A stretch of 64,000 bases of DNA. It comes from Octopus vulgaris. Taxonomy: Eukaryota. Below are positions 1-14,105 of this stretch, piece after piece; the first letter of the stretch is position 1, and each line of letters begins with the position of its first letter. The translations under genes and the position numbers were made by a program. Below the pieces are notes generated by a model. That model did not search any database. It saw only the letters and a list, made by a program, of their open reading frames with translations, and had not been told where the DNA came from. Location: contig OX597821.1 in assembly GCA_951406725.2 (NCBI GenBank), positions 45,694,001-45,758,000 on the forward strand, written 5' to 3'.

Positions 1-59
1 AAGAACATGCCACCTCGTAGATGGTCACTCGTCAGTTTGTCAGAGCCGTTTTTTGAGCT

Positions 60-330
60 TGTTGGATCTTCTCGTCAGTGGTAGAGGTTGTTGGGCGTCC
101 TGCTCTCTCTTCGTGTTACACGCTAGTCGAGCCATATTAAAACTTCTCGTTCCACTCATACACACTTCTATGCGATAAAGTGTTGTCCTCGTATTGTACT
201 GAAAGCTTACGATGAATTTCAACCCTTGATTACTCCTTAAGACTAGAGAAATGGGATCACTGATCTCTGTTCTTCCTTGGTGCATACTGCCAGCGGATCG
301 GCCATCTTTACTCGGTAACACAAGAAACAC
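60..330 (+). mobile_element. Possible decayed gag-like ORF1 (zinc-knuckle) remnant of a non-LTR retrotransposon
   Basis: Frameshifted + strand reading gives VVEVVGRPALSSCY..SHIK and GAYCQRIGHLYS, resembling degenerate CX2CX4HX4C knuckles; weak. Confidence 0.25.
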
Positions 331-497
331 AAGAAAGAAAACTGGAGCGGTCAAGGTCAAACCTTGGTTAGGTAACCACAAGAGCATCACTTTTTAGCGC
401 GCGAGTACTGAAGAAAGTGCAGTCATCCTACAGAAAGGTTTGGTCAAAGTGCGGATAACTCTTGACTTCCCCTAGTAGATAGATAAAAAGATAGATT

Positions 498-499
<2 letters not shown>

Positions 500-563
<64 letters not shown>
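500..563. repeat. (GA)n microsatellite
   Basis: Direct observation. Confidence 0.95.
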
Positions 564-564
<1 letters not shown>

Positions 565-669
565 CTGGGTAATTGAAAAGTCCATTTAGTAGGTACTTTC
601 ATATTATATGATTCATTTATGAACAAATGCACTAATAAAAAAATGGTATATTTTTGAATAAGCAGTTCA

Positions 670-1330
670 TGATATTTTGTTTAGTATAGAATTCAGAATG
701 CCTGTTATGGTGCTCAGTAGTAGATAGGCTTGGTATAGTTTTTCAACTGCTAAATTCGACTCTACCAAGAACGTTGTACTTTGAATTTTCATAATTTCTC
801 GGATCCTTCGCTTTAATTGGACAGTGTCTGTGGCTGGAATTTTATCAAAAAAAGTCATTCAAAAATGAATGATCAGGGCTTGTAGTGACCAAAAATTCTG
901 TCCATCTCTACTTCGACGATGTCTTGGATATAATGTATCAATGAGTTGCTGTGCATTCAAACTAGTATGTGGAGGTGCACTGTCTTGTAGAATATAGTAC
1001 TTAGAATATTCTTATCCTTGTCATGTTTGGTAACAAAACACTTTTCAGGAACTTCAAGAAGATGTCCTTTGTTATAATGACGGCAAAAGAATACGTACCA
1101 AAAATTGCGAGTGTAGCCGATTCAAACTTTAACTTACGGTAATTGAAAGACATATCAAGTTTTTCGTAAGGGTTTTCATTATTCCATACTCGACATTTAA
1201 ACTAACTGAGAGTGCCCCGAATTTGAACAAACCTTTGATTGTTAAATAAAATTTTCTAAGGTACTATATAGTATGCTGCAACATATCCCACTGAGCTACT
1301 GAAGAGTTCACACATCACCAGTCTTTTACA
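670..1330 (-). mobile_element. Decayed Tc1/mariner-superfamily transposase remnant
   Basis: Minus strand reads CRVWNNENPYE...IFGTYSF...LQDSAPPHTSLNAQQLIDTLYPRHRRSRDGQNFWS..SPD. This matches the Tc1/mariner pattern CRIWG.ENP...QQDGAPPH...WP..SPDL; stops and frameshifts present. Confidence 0.75.
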
Positions 1331-1794
1331 TTTATCATCGTCACATAAAAAATATTTAACGCCACTAGATTTTAGAATTTCAGGAAAGAAGGAGTATCTT
1401 TATAGCTTACCATCTCGAACTACATAGATTTTATTCAAAATGAATAGTAACAGATAGATGTATTTTACTGAAATTGTTTGACCTTCCAAACGTTGGTAGA
1501 TTTTTCAACTGAGTATGCCGATTATATCGGCTTTACATAGCGAATGGGGACATGGTTAGCAGGGTTCCGATATATTTCTGGTTTCCTCATCATTTTGACT
1601 TGTACAATTGATTAGCTATATTGTGCCGTTTTTAGCACTGTGAACATTCTCTCATCATTTGACGATAAAATGCTTCCAGTACACACACACACACACACAC
1701 TCACACACACACACGCACGCACGCACGCATGTACGCACGCATACACGCACGCGCACACACACAGAGACACACACACACACACATACATATGTAT

Positions 1795-1990
1795 TCTTCT
1801 ATTCTTTTACTTGTTCCAGTCATTAGACTGCAACCATGCAGGGGCATCGCTTGAAGAATTTTAATCGAATGAATCGCCTCTCGTACATTTATTATTTTTT
1901 AACGCCTAGTACTTATTCTATCGGTAAACATACTAACACCGATTGTTGAGTGGTGGTGGTGGGGGTAAAATCACAAACAGACAGACAGAG
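1795..1990 (-). mobile_element. CORE-type tRNA SINE (octopus OR-like), 3' fragment
   Basis: cttttacttgttccagtcattagactgcaaccatgc is the reverse complement of the family tail seen in many copies in this window. Confidence 0.75.
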
Positions 1991-2369
1991 ACACACACAT
2001 GCTCCCTTTTCTCTCTCTCTCTCGCTCACACACACACACACACATTATTTATTGTTAAATATAGGTAAACAGTGTAACATACAGTACAATAATTGTTTAA
2101 TTGATAGAAACAGTCAGTTACTGATTGAACCGTGATTCGAGTTACAAATTTTCAGATTATCATTATGCTAAAATGGAGTCACAGAAGAGACATTCATCCA
2201 TAATTGCATATAAGTTGCAAGTAGTAGGTTTGCCAAATAAAATAGCAGCGGAGCTGTTGCAAGGCATTTTAAACTACATCCAATTCAGAAAAATGGTGCG
2301 TGATTAATGGAAACGTACAGTAGTGAAATGAAAGCACCACCTTCACACACTCGCTTGTACGCACACATG

Positions 2370-2583
2370 TTCGCACGCAGCACGTACGTAGGCACGCACG
2401 CGGGCACGCGGGCACGCAGGCAGGCAGGCACGTACACACACACGCACACGCATGCATGCACGTACGCATGCATGCACGTACGCATGCATGCACGTACGCA
2501 TGCATGCACGTACGCATGCATGCACGTACGCATGCATGCACGCACGCATGTACGCACGCGCGCGCGCACACACACACACACAC
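2370..2583. repeat. Alternating purine/pyrimidine minisatellite, 16-bp unit gcatgcatgcacgtac, ending in (CA)n
   Basis: Direct observation of tandem units at ~2450-2550. Confidence 0.9.
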
Positions 2584-3239
2584 AACTAAATGGGTGAAAT
2601 GGAAGGGAAGATGAAAGGTTGGATTGTTAACCAAAGAAACCGCTGTGTGATACTAATGATTAAACCAAAATTTTCTAAGCTAAAATAGAATAAGTAAAAA
2701 AGACTAGGATGATTTTTGTGGAAGTGATTGGTAGTTTTACAGATCTGAGAACACAAATGGATTGGCAGTACGAACAAAATAAATAAATAAATAAATAAAA
2801 ATAACAGTGGAATATGAGAACAAAATGTTTGAGTTACTCAGATACATTATAAACATCAGAAAAGAAAGTTGTACTGGTTAGAGCAAATTAAAAATGTTAG
2901 TAATATCTAAGAGGAAAACTACCCAAAGAATCTATTCCAGTAGATAATTTTGACTATGTTCACTCTAAGGGTTTGATAGAAGAAGATGATCTGTGACTAG
3001 AAAAGTTGCGGCCAGGACGTCTTAAAAATCCGCCTCTTCTGTGACACCAATTCAGAGCTCACTTAACAAAAGTCACAATGTTTAGACTGAAAAAGCTTCT
3101 TCCTCAAATTCATACCCTAAACTAATGTTTGTTTTATCAAAGGAATTATCATGCTAACTACAATAGCTGTCTCTATAAACAAGACCGCCAAAGGTTACAT
3201 ATGCCCTAAAACGAGCGATGAAAATTGAAGTATTATGGT

Positions 3240-5003
3240 TTAGCAAAGAAATAGCTATAGATTAAATAGATTAAAGATGTACTTAGGAAAAGCATCGCAA
3301 TCGACCTACTGGTAACAAAATTGATCCTTGACCAATTGTTCATCGCAAAACGCGAAGACACGAAGTGACGAGAGCTGTCCGATGGGCCCGTGCGGCTGAG
3401 GCACATCAAAGCTACAATTCAGTGTGACAACAAAGTCACAATTCGATCTTTCACGGACCATGATGGGTATATATTACATAAACATGAGCAGATGACAAAG
3501 GATTCATACAACAAGGATTACGTTGATAACTTTTGATCCATAACTCTGCAAAACGCTGATTTCAAAATTTAAACCTAGGTGTTAGCAAAAAGGTTGGCGC
3601 CTGTCAATGGTCTGACTGGTGATGCACAAACATGCGTCATCCTAAACAGGTCAATCTACGATAAGTCCACCTCATGCGATACATAATAGAGATGGTGGAT
3701 AAAGAACTTGACATAGAGGGTGCTCTGATTAATTTAGGTCAATCAAAAGCGTTCAGTAGGCTCGATCGCCAATATTAGACAGCTGTTCTCAAGGAGGCAG
3801 ATTTCGATATCGTGTTCAATCTCACTCCAAAAATGGGCCGAGAGGAAGCTATCCCTGAAAGTTCTGGCAAAGCTGGCGAACGCTTATATCACCTCTATTG
3901 TGCCTTTGTCTTGCCCTAGTTCACGTCTGACTGAACTAGAGCGTCTGCTCTTCCGCTTTTTGTGGAAGGGACGCGTTCCATTCATTAGGTGTTCTATTTG
4001 TTGTGAATTCACGATGAGCGGAGAAATAAGTATGCCGTAGCTGAAGAAGTGCAAGCATGTGCTGAAACGGCAACATCTCCAGCATTTCCGTGACGGTGAT
4101 GTGGTCGCCGTTTGTCAGATTCACTTTACCACAGCTTGTCTCTTTGACAGAACTTCAGCCCTAGCTCAGGCACACACCAAAATAAAGAGCTTGGTTTCTG
4201 AAATGTCGTCAAGCGCTCACGGCTCTCTACCAGTCGGATGGAGCTGTCAGCAGAATTTCCACCAAGGTAGCCTACAGAAGATTAGTGCGGGCAAGAGCGA
4301 TGACATTCTCGAATAAATTTAAGCATCGACGAAAATCGGTTGGCAAGTATGTTCCAAAGACAATGGGAACAATGGATAATTTTTAGAAATCCTTGGCTTA
4401 GCAGTGCAACCGGGGGTGGGCATTGCCAGTCCAAGATGAACCTTGTAGATGTGCAAGTGCTGTCAGCCGGCCTACGCTAAATGAACGCAGAGTGATGAAA
4501 CTGTTTTGCACGCAATCATCCAGTCCTCGATCATTCATGACTTGTGGGTTATGTCGAACAGTTGCTGTCACGCATAAGGTGGATCTGGTTATTGGCAGAG
4601 TCCATATCCCGCCGCCATATTTTGACCGTGAAGGACAGGCAGTATTTATCTGTTCGGTGGTATTATCGAAAGTGGCTGTGATGGACCAAATTGAAAGGGT
4701 GAAGACAGCTGCCTTATGACTCGTGTAAATGGGCCTACTCTGAACGTCCGCAGAACGTTGAGAAGGAGAGAGGCGCCTGCTGGGGTTCACCTGGCGATCG
4801 GGGTAAACAGGATGTGTAGGGTTCCTCGGTTGTCCCAGCTAAGAACTCCCCCACACCACTTTTGGGGAATTTTATTGTTTAATTGTATTAATTGTCATTG
4901 TTATTTTAGTGTTTACTCCATTTTTGTGTTAAACCCCACATGTCCCCAGATTTTTATTGTTCCTATTTGTTTTGTGTTCAGTCCGAGTGCCCAATAAAGA
5001 AAC
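3240..5003 (+). mobile_element. Decayed, internally deleted Tx1/L1-clade LINE (ORF2 RT to 3' UTR)
   Basis: Reads SITLQNADFKI..VLAKRLAP..DAQTCVILNRSIYD..LMRYIIE..GALINLGQSKAFSRLDRQY (RT), then WAERKLSLK, LERLLFRFLWKGRVP and a C-terminal ALPVQD motif; AATAAA at 4993-4998 followed by (ATT)n. Confidence 0.88.
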
Positions 5004-5169
5004 GATTATTATTATTGTTGTTTATACTGCTGTTGTTGTTGGTGTTGTCGTTGCTGCTGCTGTTGTTGCTGTTATTTGTGTCGTTGCTGTTGTAATGATA
5101 GGTGGTATGCTGAAAATATAACTTATAATTGTGTTTATTGTTATTGTCCTTTTCTATTTCTTTTTATTA

Positions 5170-5219
<50 letters not shown>

Positions 5220-5225
5220 CAACAA

Positions 5226-5378
5226 CGTGGAAGGTGTTTATAAGCCATTTAAGAAACACAAAAGCCGTTCGATTCACTTCAACATTTAAGTTTAATTTGT
5301 CTGACAAATTAAACTTAAATGTTGAAGTGAATCGAACGGCTTTTGTGTTTCTTAAATGGCTTATAAACACCTTCCACG
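5226..5378. repeat. Perfect inverted repeat, 76-bp arms with 1-nt spacer, inside a short element flanked by (TA)n
   Basis: 5226-5301 is the exact reverse complement of 5303-5378; ORFs on both strands share the same N-terminal sequence. Confidence 0.97.
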
Positions 5379-5500
5379 CTGCAATTGTTTTCGTTTCAGC
5401 ACACGATCTCAGATCAAATTACTTGCTATGCGAGTACATCTCCGTAATATATATATATATATATATATAAATAGACAAATAAATAAATACATACATACAT

Positions 5501-5613
<113 letters not shown>

Positions 5614-7076
5614 GAATAAACACAAATACAAGCAAATAAGGGCAAAGCCGCCAACTTTGTTGGATCAGTTCCATCCGCCACCCACTCCTTGTACTGAATT
5701 TTGTTCCACCTAAAAGTACTCGAGATCAATTTTTGGGTCAAGCGGGCCGTGCTCTACGTTCGCAGAGGAATTTTCTTTCAAATGTTCAACTAACAGGAGC
5801 TTTTCTTTTCGGGGTGTCAGTGCTGGCTCAATATTTCGGACCGACAAACATATTAACTGGGCTGGTATTCATCAGTTTATACATTAAATTGGTCGAGTAA
5901 TCGTTGCTCTTTTGGATAATTGTAAATTAAAATATTTCGTCAAAGAGATGGTATTCTTTTCTTGGATCTTGCATGCTTTCTGCTTGTGCGCTTTTGTTTA
6001 TTTTTAACTTGATGTTGGACCGCCAACGCCAGCTTCCCACTCATCTCAAGTTTCTATTTCATCCTTACTGTCACTTGACGATAGGTCAGTCCTATTGAAA
6101 ATTACTGGAGTTTCTTAGTCCGACGTTTGCAGAGTTACGATGTCCTGGGAACAGAGGCTCTTGTGGCCTACTGTTTTTATTGTCTGTACTACTTCTTTTC
6201 TCTTTGCTTTTGTAGTTTTTCTGAGCTGAACAATCCTTAAATTACTCTTTCGTCCTCTTAATGCTTGGCACCATCAATCGTAGAACCCTTCTTAGCGCAC
6301 TTGGTACGGGATACAACACCGGAGTTACTCGGTGCTGTTCGAGATCATCAGGACTTGCATTCAATAGAGACCATACCCCGACCAAATATCATTAAACACC
6401 ACACCGGTGCTCAGTACGAGCCTATATTGTGCCACAACAGTTATGCTGAACCACAGGGTCTCCTAAACCTAACCGTAACACTTATCCAACATCTTATCCA
6501 CTGTTTTTCTCTTATTTCTTTGTCACCTGCATCAGGGCACTAGTCTTACTAGTCTATAAGAAACGTGACACACTAGCTTAGCTTTCCTCCTCAATCATTA
6601 ACACGCGATATATTGATCCATACAACTTATCTTACTGGATTAGCGAAAATCTGGTTCAACATATCGGACTGAGTCGCCTGTATTATATTTGAAGTGCAAA
6701 AAATAAGTCACCTTCCATCTTTTTGCGATTGTGTTATGGATTCAAATAAAATACAAATCTCAATGGAATTTTTCATATCAGTGTCATCTATAGAACTGTC
6801 ATTATTTGGTCTTTCGCAGTGTGGGTTTTTCTATGGTTTTATCGATAGCTTTCTTTCTGACAGAAAGGGTTTTTGTGGGCACTTCATTGATAAGATAACA
6901 GACTGTTACAGAAGATTCTGACAATTAGTTGAATTGTTCACGTTATTGATCAAAGAATTAATTACTTCATTAGTTAATTAGTTTAGTACTTGGCTGATAA
7001 TAATAATAAGAAATTAAATATAACGTTTACATTGGCAAAATGACCTTCTCAAAGAATATTATATTTACATACATAC

Positions 7077-7294
7077 ATATGTATGTTTGTATGTATGTAT
7101 GTATGTATGTATGTATGTATGTATGTATGTATGTATGTATGTATGTATGTATGTATGTATGTAGGTATGTGAGTGTATGTATGTGAGTGTATGTATGTAT
7201 GTATGTATGTATGTATGTATGTATGTATGTATGTATGTATGTATGTTTGTTTGTATGTATGTATGTATGTATTTTTGTTTGTATGTATGTATGC

Positions 7295-7365
<71 letters not shown>
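7077..7365. repeat. (TATG)n plus (TA)n compound microsatellite
   Basis: Direct observation. Confidence 0.95.
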
Positions 7366-7366
<1 letters not shown>

Positions 7367-7567
7367 CTAAGATCTGTTGGATGTGAAGTTGGGGTATACA
7401 CATAGAAGCACTCACCCCGAATACTGGGCTATCAGCACTGTCAGGATCCAAGCCAAAGCCGGAATACTTCTGGTGTAGAAAATCCAAAGACGAGTATACT
7501 GTCATACGGTTTAAATAAATAATCCAACGAAGAGAAAATAAGCCAATGAAAAGAAGACAAAGAATAT

Positions 7568-7628
<61 letters not shown>

Positions 7629-7664
7629 TGTGTGTGTGCGTGTGTGTATATATATATATATATA

Positions 7665-8663
7665 GTTGGAATTTACAGAAAAACAAAAGACGAAGACAGG
7701 TGTATAAACAACAAACAGGTGTATTAGTTTAACACTCGGGAAAGTGAGAAAGTCTTTTACGTTTCGAGCCTACGCTCTTCAACAGAAAGGAACACGAGAA
7801 AATAAACAGAGAGAGAATAAAAAATAAGCTTTAGGGGCTATCGGTCAATCATGGCGGGTTTAGGGTGAGGATGTGGGAGTGGAATGTGTGGGTAGGGGTG
7901 GGGTATGTGGGATTGGGATATATGAGGGTGGGGTGGTGTGGTGGTGTTCGGATGTGTTGGGATGGTGTGTTGGGGTGGAGTGTGGATAGAAGGAATAACG
8001 ATGAAAGAAGATGGATAAGAGTGCAGAGAGGAAGTAAGGTGAGATGAAGAGAGGAGAGAGGAGCGGAGTCAGATGAAGCGGGGAGTTGAGCCTATGCGGC
8101 GCAAAAGAGCGAAGAGAGAAGATTAATTCCAGTTCACGGCGATGGAGGGAGTCTGGATGGCCCCTGTGCAAAGACAATTCAAATACAGACAGGTGCTGTA
8201 ATGAATGACTGGTAGAGCGGAAATGGTGCGAGACTGGGGTGTCGTTGACGAGTCTAATGTCTCGGAGGTGTTCCGCGAACCGGTCAGTACAAAGAAGGAT
8301 AGAAAGAGCAGGAGATGTTGTAAATGACGTTGTTAGAAGTACATGTAAAGAAGTCAGTGATATGATAGGGATGATGATGGGTGCCTGTGAGGATGGTAGT
8401 GTTGGAGAGGTAGGAGCAAATGCAGCAGCGTGGGTGGGAGCAGGGGAACGAGCCAGGTTGGGAGGTGGGGGTTAGGTAAGAAACTGTGAACCAGGAGGCC
8501 ACGTAGGTTGTGGGCTCGTTTGAAGGAGGGGAGGGGAAGGTTGGGGAAGATGTGCGAAGTGGGAGGGGGTCGGACTGGAGTCGCCGGAAGGCTCGGAGAA
8601 TGGTCCGTTGAAGAGGTAGGGTGGAAGGGTGGTAGGTGAGGGGAAACGGGCGACAGGTAACGG
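7665..8663 (-). mobile_element. 5'-truncated Penelope-like element: Zn-finger + GIY-YIG endonuclease remnant and 3' tail ending in (TA)n
   Basis: GSFPCSHPRCCIC..FTCTSNNVIYNISCSFYPSLY..DRFAEHLRDIRL..PVSHHF..RRELELIFSLRSFAPHRLN is the typical C-terminus of PLE ORFs (Neptune-like); hammerhead-like motif in the tail. Confidence 0.88.
7754..7789 (-). ncRNA. Minimal type I hammerhead ribozyme-like motif (variant core)
   Basis: cttt CTGTTGAA GAGC gtag GCTC GAAAC GTA aaag: stem I cttt/aaag, stem II GAGC/GCTC, palindromic ACGT stem III. Confidence 0.6.
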
Positions 8664-8793
8664 CACACACGTACATTATATGTACACACAAACATACGCG
8701 CGCACACACACACATACTATAGTAATATGTATTGCGTAATCTCTCAGCTTAAAGTTAAATTGTTTTATTTATTACCTTTCATAAAAACAAAAG

Positions 8794-8842
<49 letters not shown>

Positions 8843-8929
8843 TCACACTCATGCATAAACTCACAGACACACAAATATACATGCTCATACACAAATTAAA
8901 AAAGCTACACATCTATCACCGCGGTTACA

Positions 8930-10800
8930 AAAACAATAACATGAATTCAAATATTCTTTGACAACATGCTAACCACATTTGAAGAATCCAAAAATTGACA
9001 GTAACAGAAGTTTCATTATACACAAAGAAACATGAATTATAACCCGCCAAATGACTTCATACGATACCAGCAACAATTTAGATCTAAGAACAAACCCAGC
9101 CACGAGGAAACTTCAATAACAGAGAAAATACCAACAAATACAGACATAGCAACTGAAAGGCAAACCCAAAAGATAATTTTTTTCTGGCTCAGTCAACAAA
9201 ATCCGCAATACCAGGTGATAAAAGCAGACTGTGAGAAGCAGATAGTAATCAAACTTTCATACAAAGAATATCAATGCAACAAATCTAAGTCTTCTCAAGG
9301 GTTTAAAGTTCTCTTCAGTACCCCAGGATCCCCAATTTCCACGAGATATTGGACGATATCTCGCACTTCTGTTGAAAATTACGCCTTACAGAATAATTAT
9401 TTAACAAAGAAAACAATGATGAATCAATTGCACAGAATAAACGCTGTTACAACCCAGCAAAAGGCAGGAACAAAGCATTAAATAAATTTTCTGATTTTAT
9501 ATCTACTTTCCCATGTCATGAAGTACCACTCCCCAAACTCAAATCCAACACCAAATGAAAGGAATTGGAAGTTATTAAAAAAACTCCTCATTATCCCTAT
9601 TATAAAACATTAATTATTATGAAAAATTAAACGATTACCAATTATCATAAATCATGAAAAATCTTAGCACATTCATTCTTCTACACCGGAAAGGTTTAAT
9701 AGACAAGGAGTATGACTACCTTGCAAACCTTGAAGGCAAAAACAGCAATTTATGCGGACTCCTCAAAATTCATAAGACAGTATATGATGGTTGAAGAGAG
9801 AGAAAATTTTAACATTTATCAATATACCAGAACCATATGATTTTAAATTAAAACCAATTGAAACGGACCCAAATTGAGAGGCGCCCTGATTCAGCAACTG
9901 TGTAGAGCTACTGCTGAAACCCTTTCTGAAGCATATACTTAACTACCTTCCAAAAAATATTTTAAAAAGTTGACAAAACAACATTATTTTATATCATTTG
10001 ATGTGGCAAATATGAAATATACAACTATACCATATGGTTAAGGACAAGAGTTCTGGCTTTATAAATTCCCAATGATATCCCAGACCGAATAGAGAAAAAC
10101 CCTAATTACTGACAGAACACATTTTATTTCACAGAATATATTTTTTCAATTCAATGGCTGTATTTACAAACATATATCTGGGAATGTGATGGGAATGAAG
10201 GATGCCTACTTATGTTAATATAATCATGACATCGGCTGAGGTCGACTTTGCCTTTCATCCTTTCGGGGTCGATAAATTAAGTACCTGTTGCGATCTAATC
10301 GGCTGGCCCCCACCCCCAAAATTTCAGGCATTGTGGCTTGAGTAGAAAAGAATATAATCATAGCATACCTAGAGATACTGATGTATCAACAATCTAAACA
10401 AATATTTAGCATCAACTTCCACAAATACCTATTACTTAGATAGATGACTGTCTTATTTTGTGGACTTATGGTCTTGACCAATTTAATGATTTCAAAGTAC
10501 TAATTAATAATTTTAACAATAATATACATTTCACGATTGAATACAGTTATTATCAACAACTATTCCTGGATATGTTTATTATGAAAAAGACACAAACATC
10601 GAAACTAATGTTCGGTACAATCGAACAGATTCGAAACAATACTTATTATATGCCTCACGCAATCAAAACACCCCGAAACAAATATACTATTAAATTCAGG
10701 AGAAGAATGTTTCGAATTTAGAAAAGGGGAATAACTAATTCTAAGAACTAAAAGAAATACAATGTTAAATTAATTGTCAAGCATAGAATTACGCAGAACA
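8930..10800 (+). mobile_element. Decayed Penelope-like element reverse transcriptase
   Basis: ISFDVANMKYTTIPYG, FQFNGCIYKHISGNVMGMK, IDDCLILWTYGLDQFNDFKVLINNFNNNIHFTIEYS..LFLDM match PLE RT motifs (SFDV.SLYTNIP, G.AMG, YIDD, IKFT.E, FLD); many stops; 5' boundary approximate. Confidence 0.85.
10228..10350 (+). mobile_element. 5'-truncated Deu/Nin-type SINE inserted in the PLE RT, with 11-bp TSD
   Basis: Core gtcgactttgcctttcatcctttcggggtcgataaa; TSD aatataatcat at 10217-10227 and 10351-10361. Confidence 0.88.
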
Positions 10801-10903
10801 AAAATTATTCCCAGTTAGTACATCAAATACTCTCCTTTCTTTATACTATTCTCGCATGTAAAAGTTTATTCCACTCTCATCTCTTTCTCCACAAGTGTGT
10901 GTA

Positions 10904-10955
<52 letters not shown>

Positions 10956-11946
10956 TGTGTGTGTGTGTGTGTGTGAATATATGTGTGTATCACATTTTAT
11001 AGACGTATATAAGCCATAACATAACATGCTTTATAGATGAAAGATTTTTTTTCTATTTTGACATGTACGCTACCATAGAATCTTAAAAATTTCTAAACAA
11101 AAGTAACTATGAGAGCTGTCAAGCATATGGTATTTAATGTTTAATAATTATTCACACGTATATAAAACTTTAAAAAAAGAAACTTGATAACAGGAGTAAC
11201 ATTGCATAGCTATCCCTGGCTAAATTAGACTAATACTCATTTAAAAAAATGTCCATTAAGCGTGTCTGTTTAATCAAAACATAGAATTAGTTGTACACGA
11301 CTGAAAAGGAGTAATAAAATACAAAGAACAACTGGTTAACAACTTGGTACATAAGCATAATATTTAGAAATCGTAAGAAAATATGCATTACCTCTATAAA
11401 TGTGAGACATAAATGGTCAGAAATATCTAAATCAGTTCATCATTCTAAAATGTAAAACACATAGGGTGCCTTGTAAAATGGTCTTTTAATCCACTGTCAT
11501 GAAAAGTAATAAAAAACTGTTTTAAAATAAGATGATTACTGATAGGAACAATTTGATCGTATAAACCTGCTGGTTCAAAGCTCACATAGACGCGCACGAG
11601 CACATACACGCATACACACACGCAAACACACACACACAACTATATACACACAATGTGCTATTTTTAAAACATATTCTCTCATTTATGATAATGACATTTT
11701 CCGAAAACATAAAAAGTCAAAAATAATGATATACAAAAACAAAATTATGGCAGAAATACAAAATTAAATATGAATCAGCCTTCCTTCCTCCCCACTTTCT
11801 GTTTCTCTCTGTCTATCAGTTTACATTTAATTTAAACATGTTCGTTCAAACACAAGTGTGTTAAATGTAAATATATAGTTTTCTTTTAAATATACACATA
11901 TTTATATATAATAATCACGTATATATATATACACACACATATAAAA

Positions 11947-11987
<41 letters not shown>

Positions 11988-11990
11988 AAA

Positions 11991-12570
<580 letters not shown>

Positions 12571-12736
12571 CATTAAAGATAGGATCAACCAAAAAAGAAC
12601 TCCGTTCAGTAAAAGATAAATATCATTTAATATACCCAACTTACAAAGAGCTACTATAAATTGGCATTTATATATAACATGTTATGTATCTCCAAGGCGC
12701 AGTGCATATCGTTAGACGTATTTCCACACACACACA

Positions 12737-12799
<63 letters not shown>

Positions 12800-13665
12800 T
12801 CAAATATATATATATACGTCAGTCTGTCTGTATACATGTTCGTGTCTATTTATCTTTCTATACTCATGTATATAAATATAGATGTATACACATACATACA
12901 CATATGTATTTTATGTATGTATGCATGTATGTATTTTATGTATGTATGTGCGTATGTATGTATGTATGTTTGTAAGTATATATGCTTGTATGTATGTATT
13001 TTAATATTTCGCTTGGGCTTTGATTTTAACGCAGTTATTTTAGTTGATTACTTCAATTTTTTAACCCATTGATAATTTGCACTTTCTCACGCATGTATAA
13101 CATATATGTTTTATGCGCGCGCGCGTGTGTATGAGTGTATGTTTGCGCGCATGCTGTCTTCTTCGGGAATATAAGCTACTTATAAAAACGATACTCTAGC
13201 AACATATACATAAAAAAGATATATACATATAAGCGTACGAACATACTCACGCAGACGCACAGAGACATACACACGCACATAATTATATATACACAAATCG
13301 AAACTACTAAGGACACGCTGTAGTCCGTATTAGTTTGTATGTATGTACCCTTACTATAACGGACACGCAGACATATGTACGTGTTTGCGCAACTGACGCT
13401 TTTATTGCTAGTTGTAAAAGTTTTTAGTTGCTTTTTTTAAAGTCCATGTTAAGGAACAGCCATATTGTATACATTATATATATTGAATATGTATATGTGT
13501 ACCTATGTATAATCATTGAACCGAAAACATTAACTACATCGATCTCACTCGTCTCGAGACTGATAAAGGCTATTACTGCATACCCTAACACCAGACTAAA
13601 AAAAACAAACAAACTGAACACTCATATATATATATATCCCACCAGGGATGAGAATTAATACTTTT

Positions 13666-14105
13666 AGGCGCAGGTGTGGCTGTGTGGTAAGAAGCTTGCT
13701 TCCCAATCGCATGGTTCCGAGTTCAGTCCTTCCGCATAGCACCTTGGGCAAGTGTCTTCAACTATATCCTTGGGCCGACCAAAGCCTTGTGAGAGGATTA
13801 GGTAGACGAAAACTGAACGTAGCCTGTGGTATATTATAATGTATATATTTATGTGTGTATGTGTGTGTGTGTGTGTGTGTGTATTTATGTGTATTTTTGT
13901 GTCTGTATTTGTCCCCCTACTATTACTTGACACCCGATCTTGGTATCTGGTGTGTGTTTACGTACCCCGTAACTTAGCGGTTCAGCAAATAGATAAGGAC
14001 CGATAGAATAAGTATTAGACTTACAAAGAATAAGTCCTAAGGTCGATTTGTTTGACTAAAAGACTCATCATGGTCGTAGTCAAATGACTAAAACAAGTAA
14101 AAGAA
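13666..14105 (+). mobile_element. CORE-type tRNA SINE (OR-like), near full length
   Basis: A-box-like tggctgtgtggt, B-box-like gttcagtcc, CORE-like accttgggcaagtgtctt, tail aaacaagtaaaag. Confidence 0.88.

Noticed and set aside
5640-6545. Moderately GC-rich unique-looking stretch with short ORFs
   Set aside because: Probably decayed TE sequence; no diagnostic motif recognised
13666-13740. tRNA-like A and B boxes
   Set aside because: These are SINE heads continuing into SINE bodies; no complete cloverleaf
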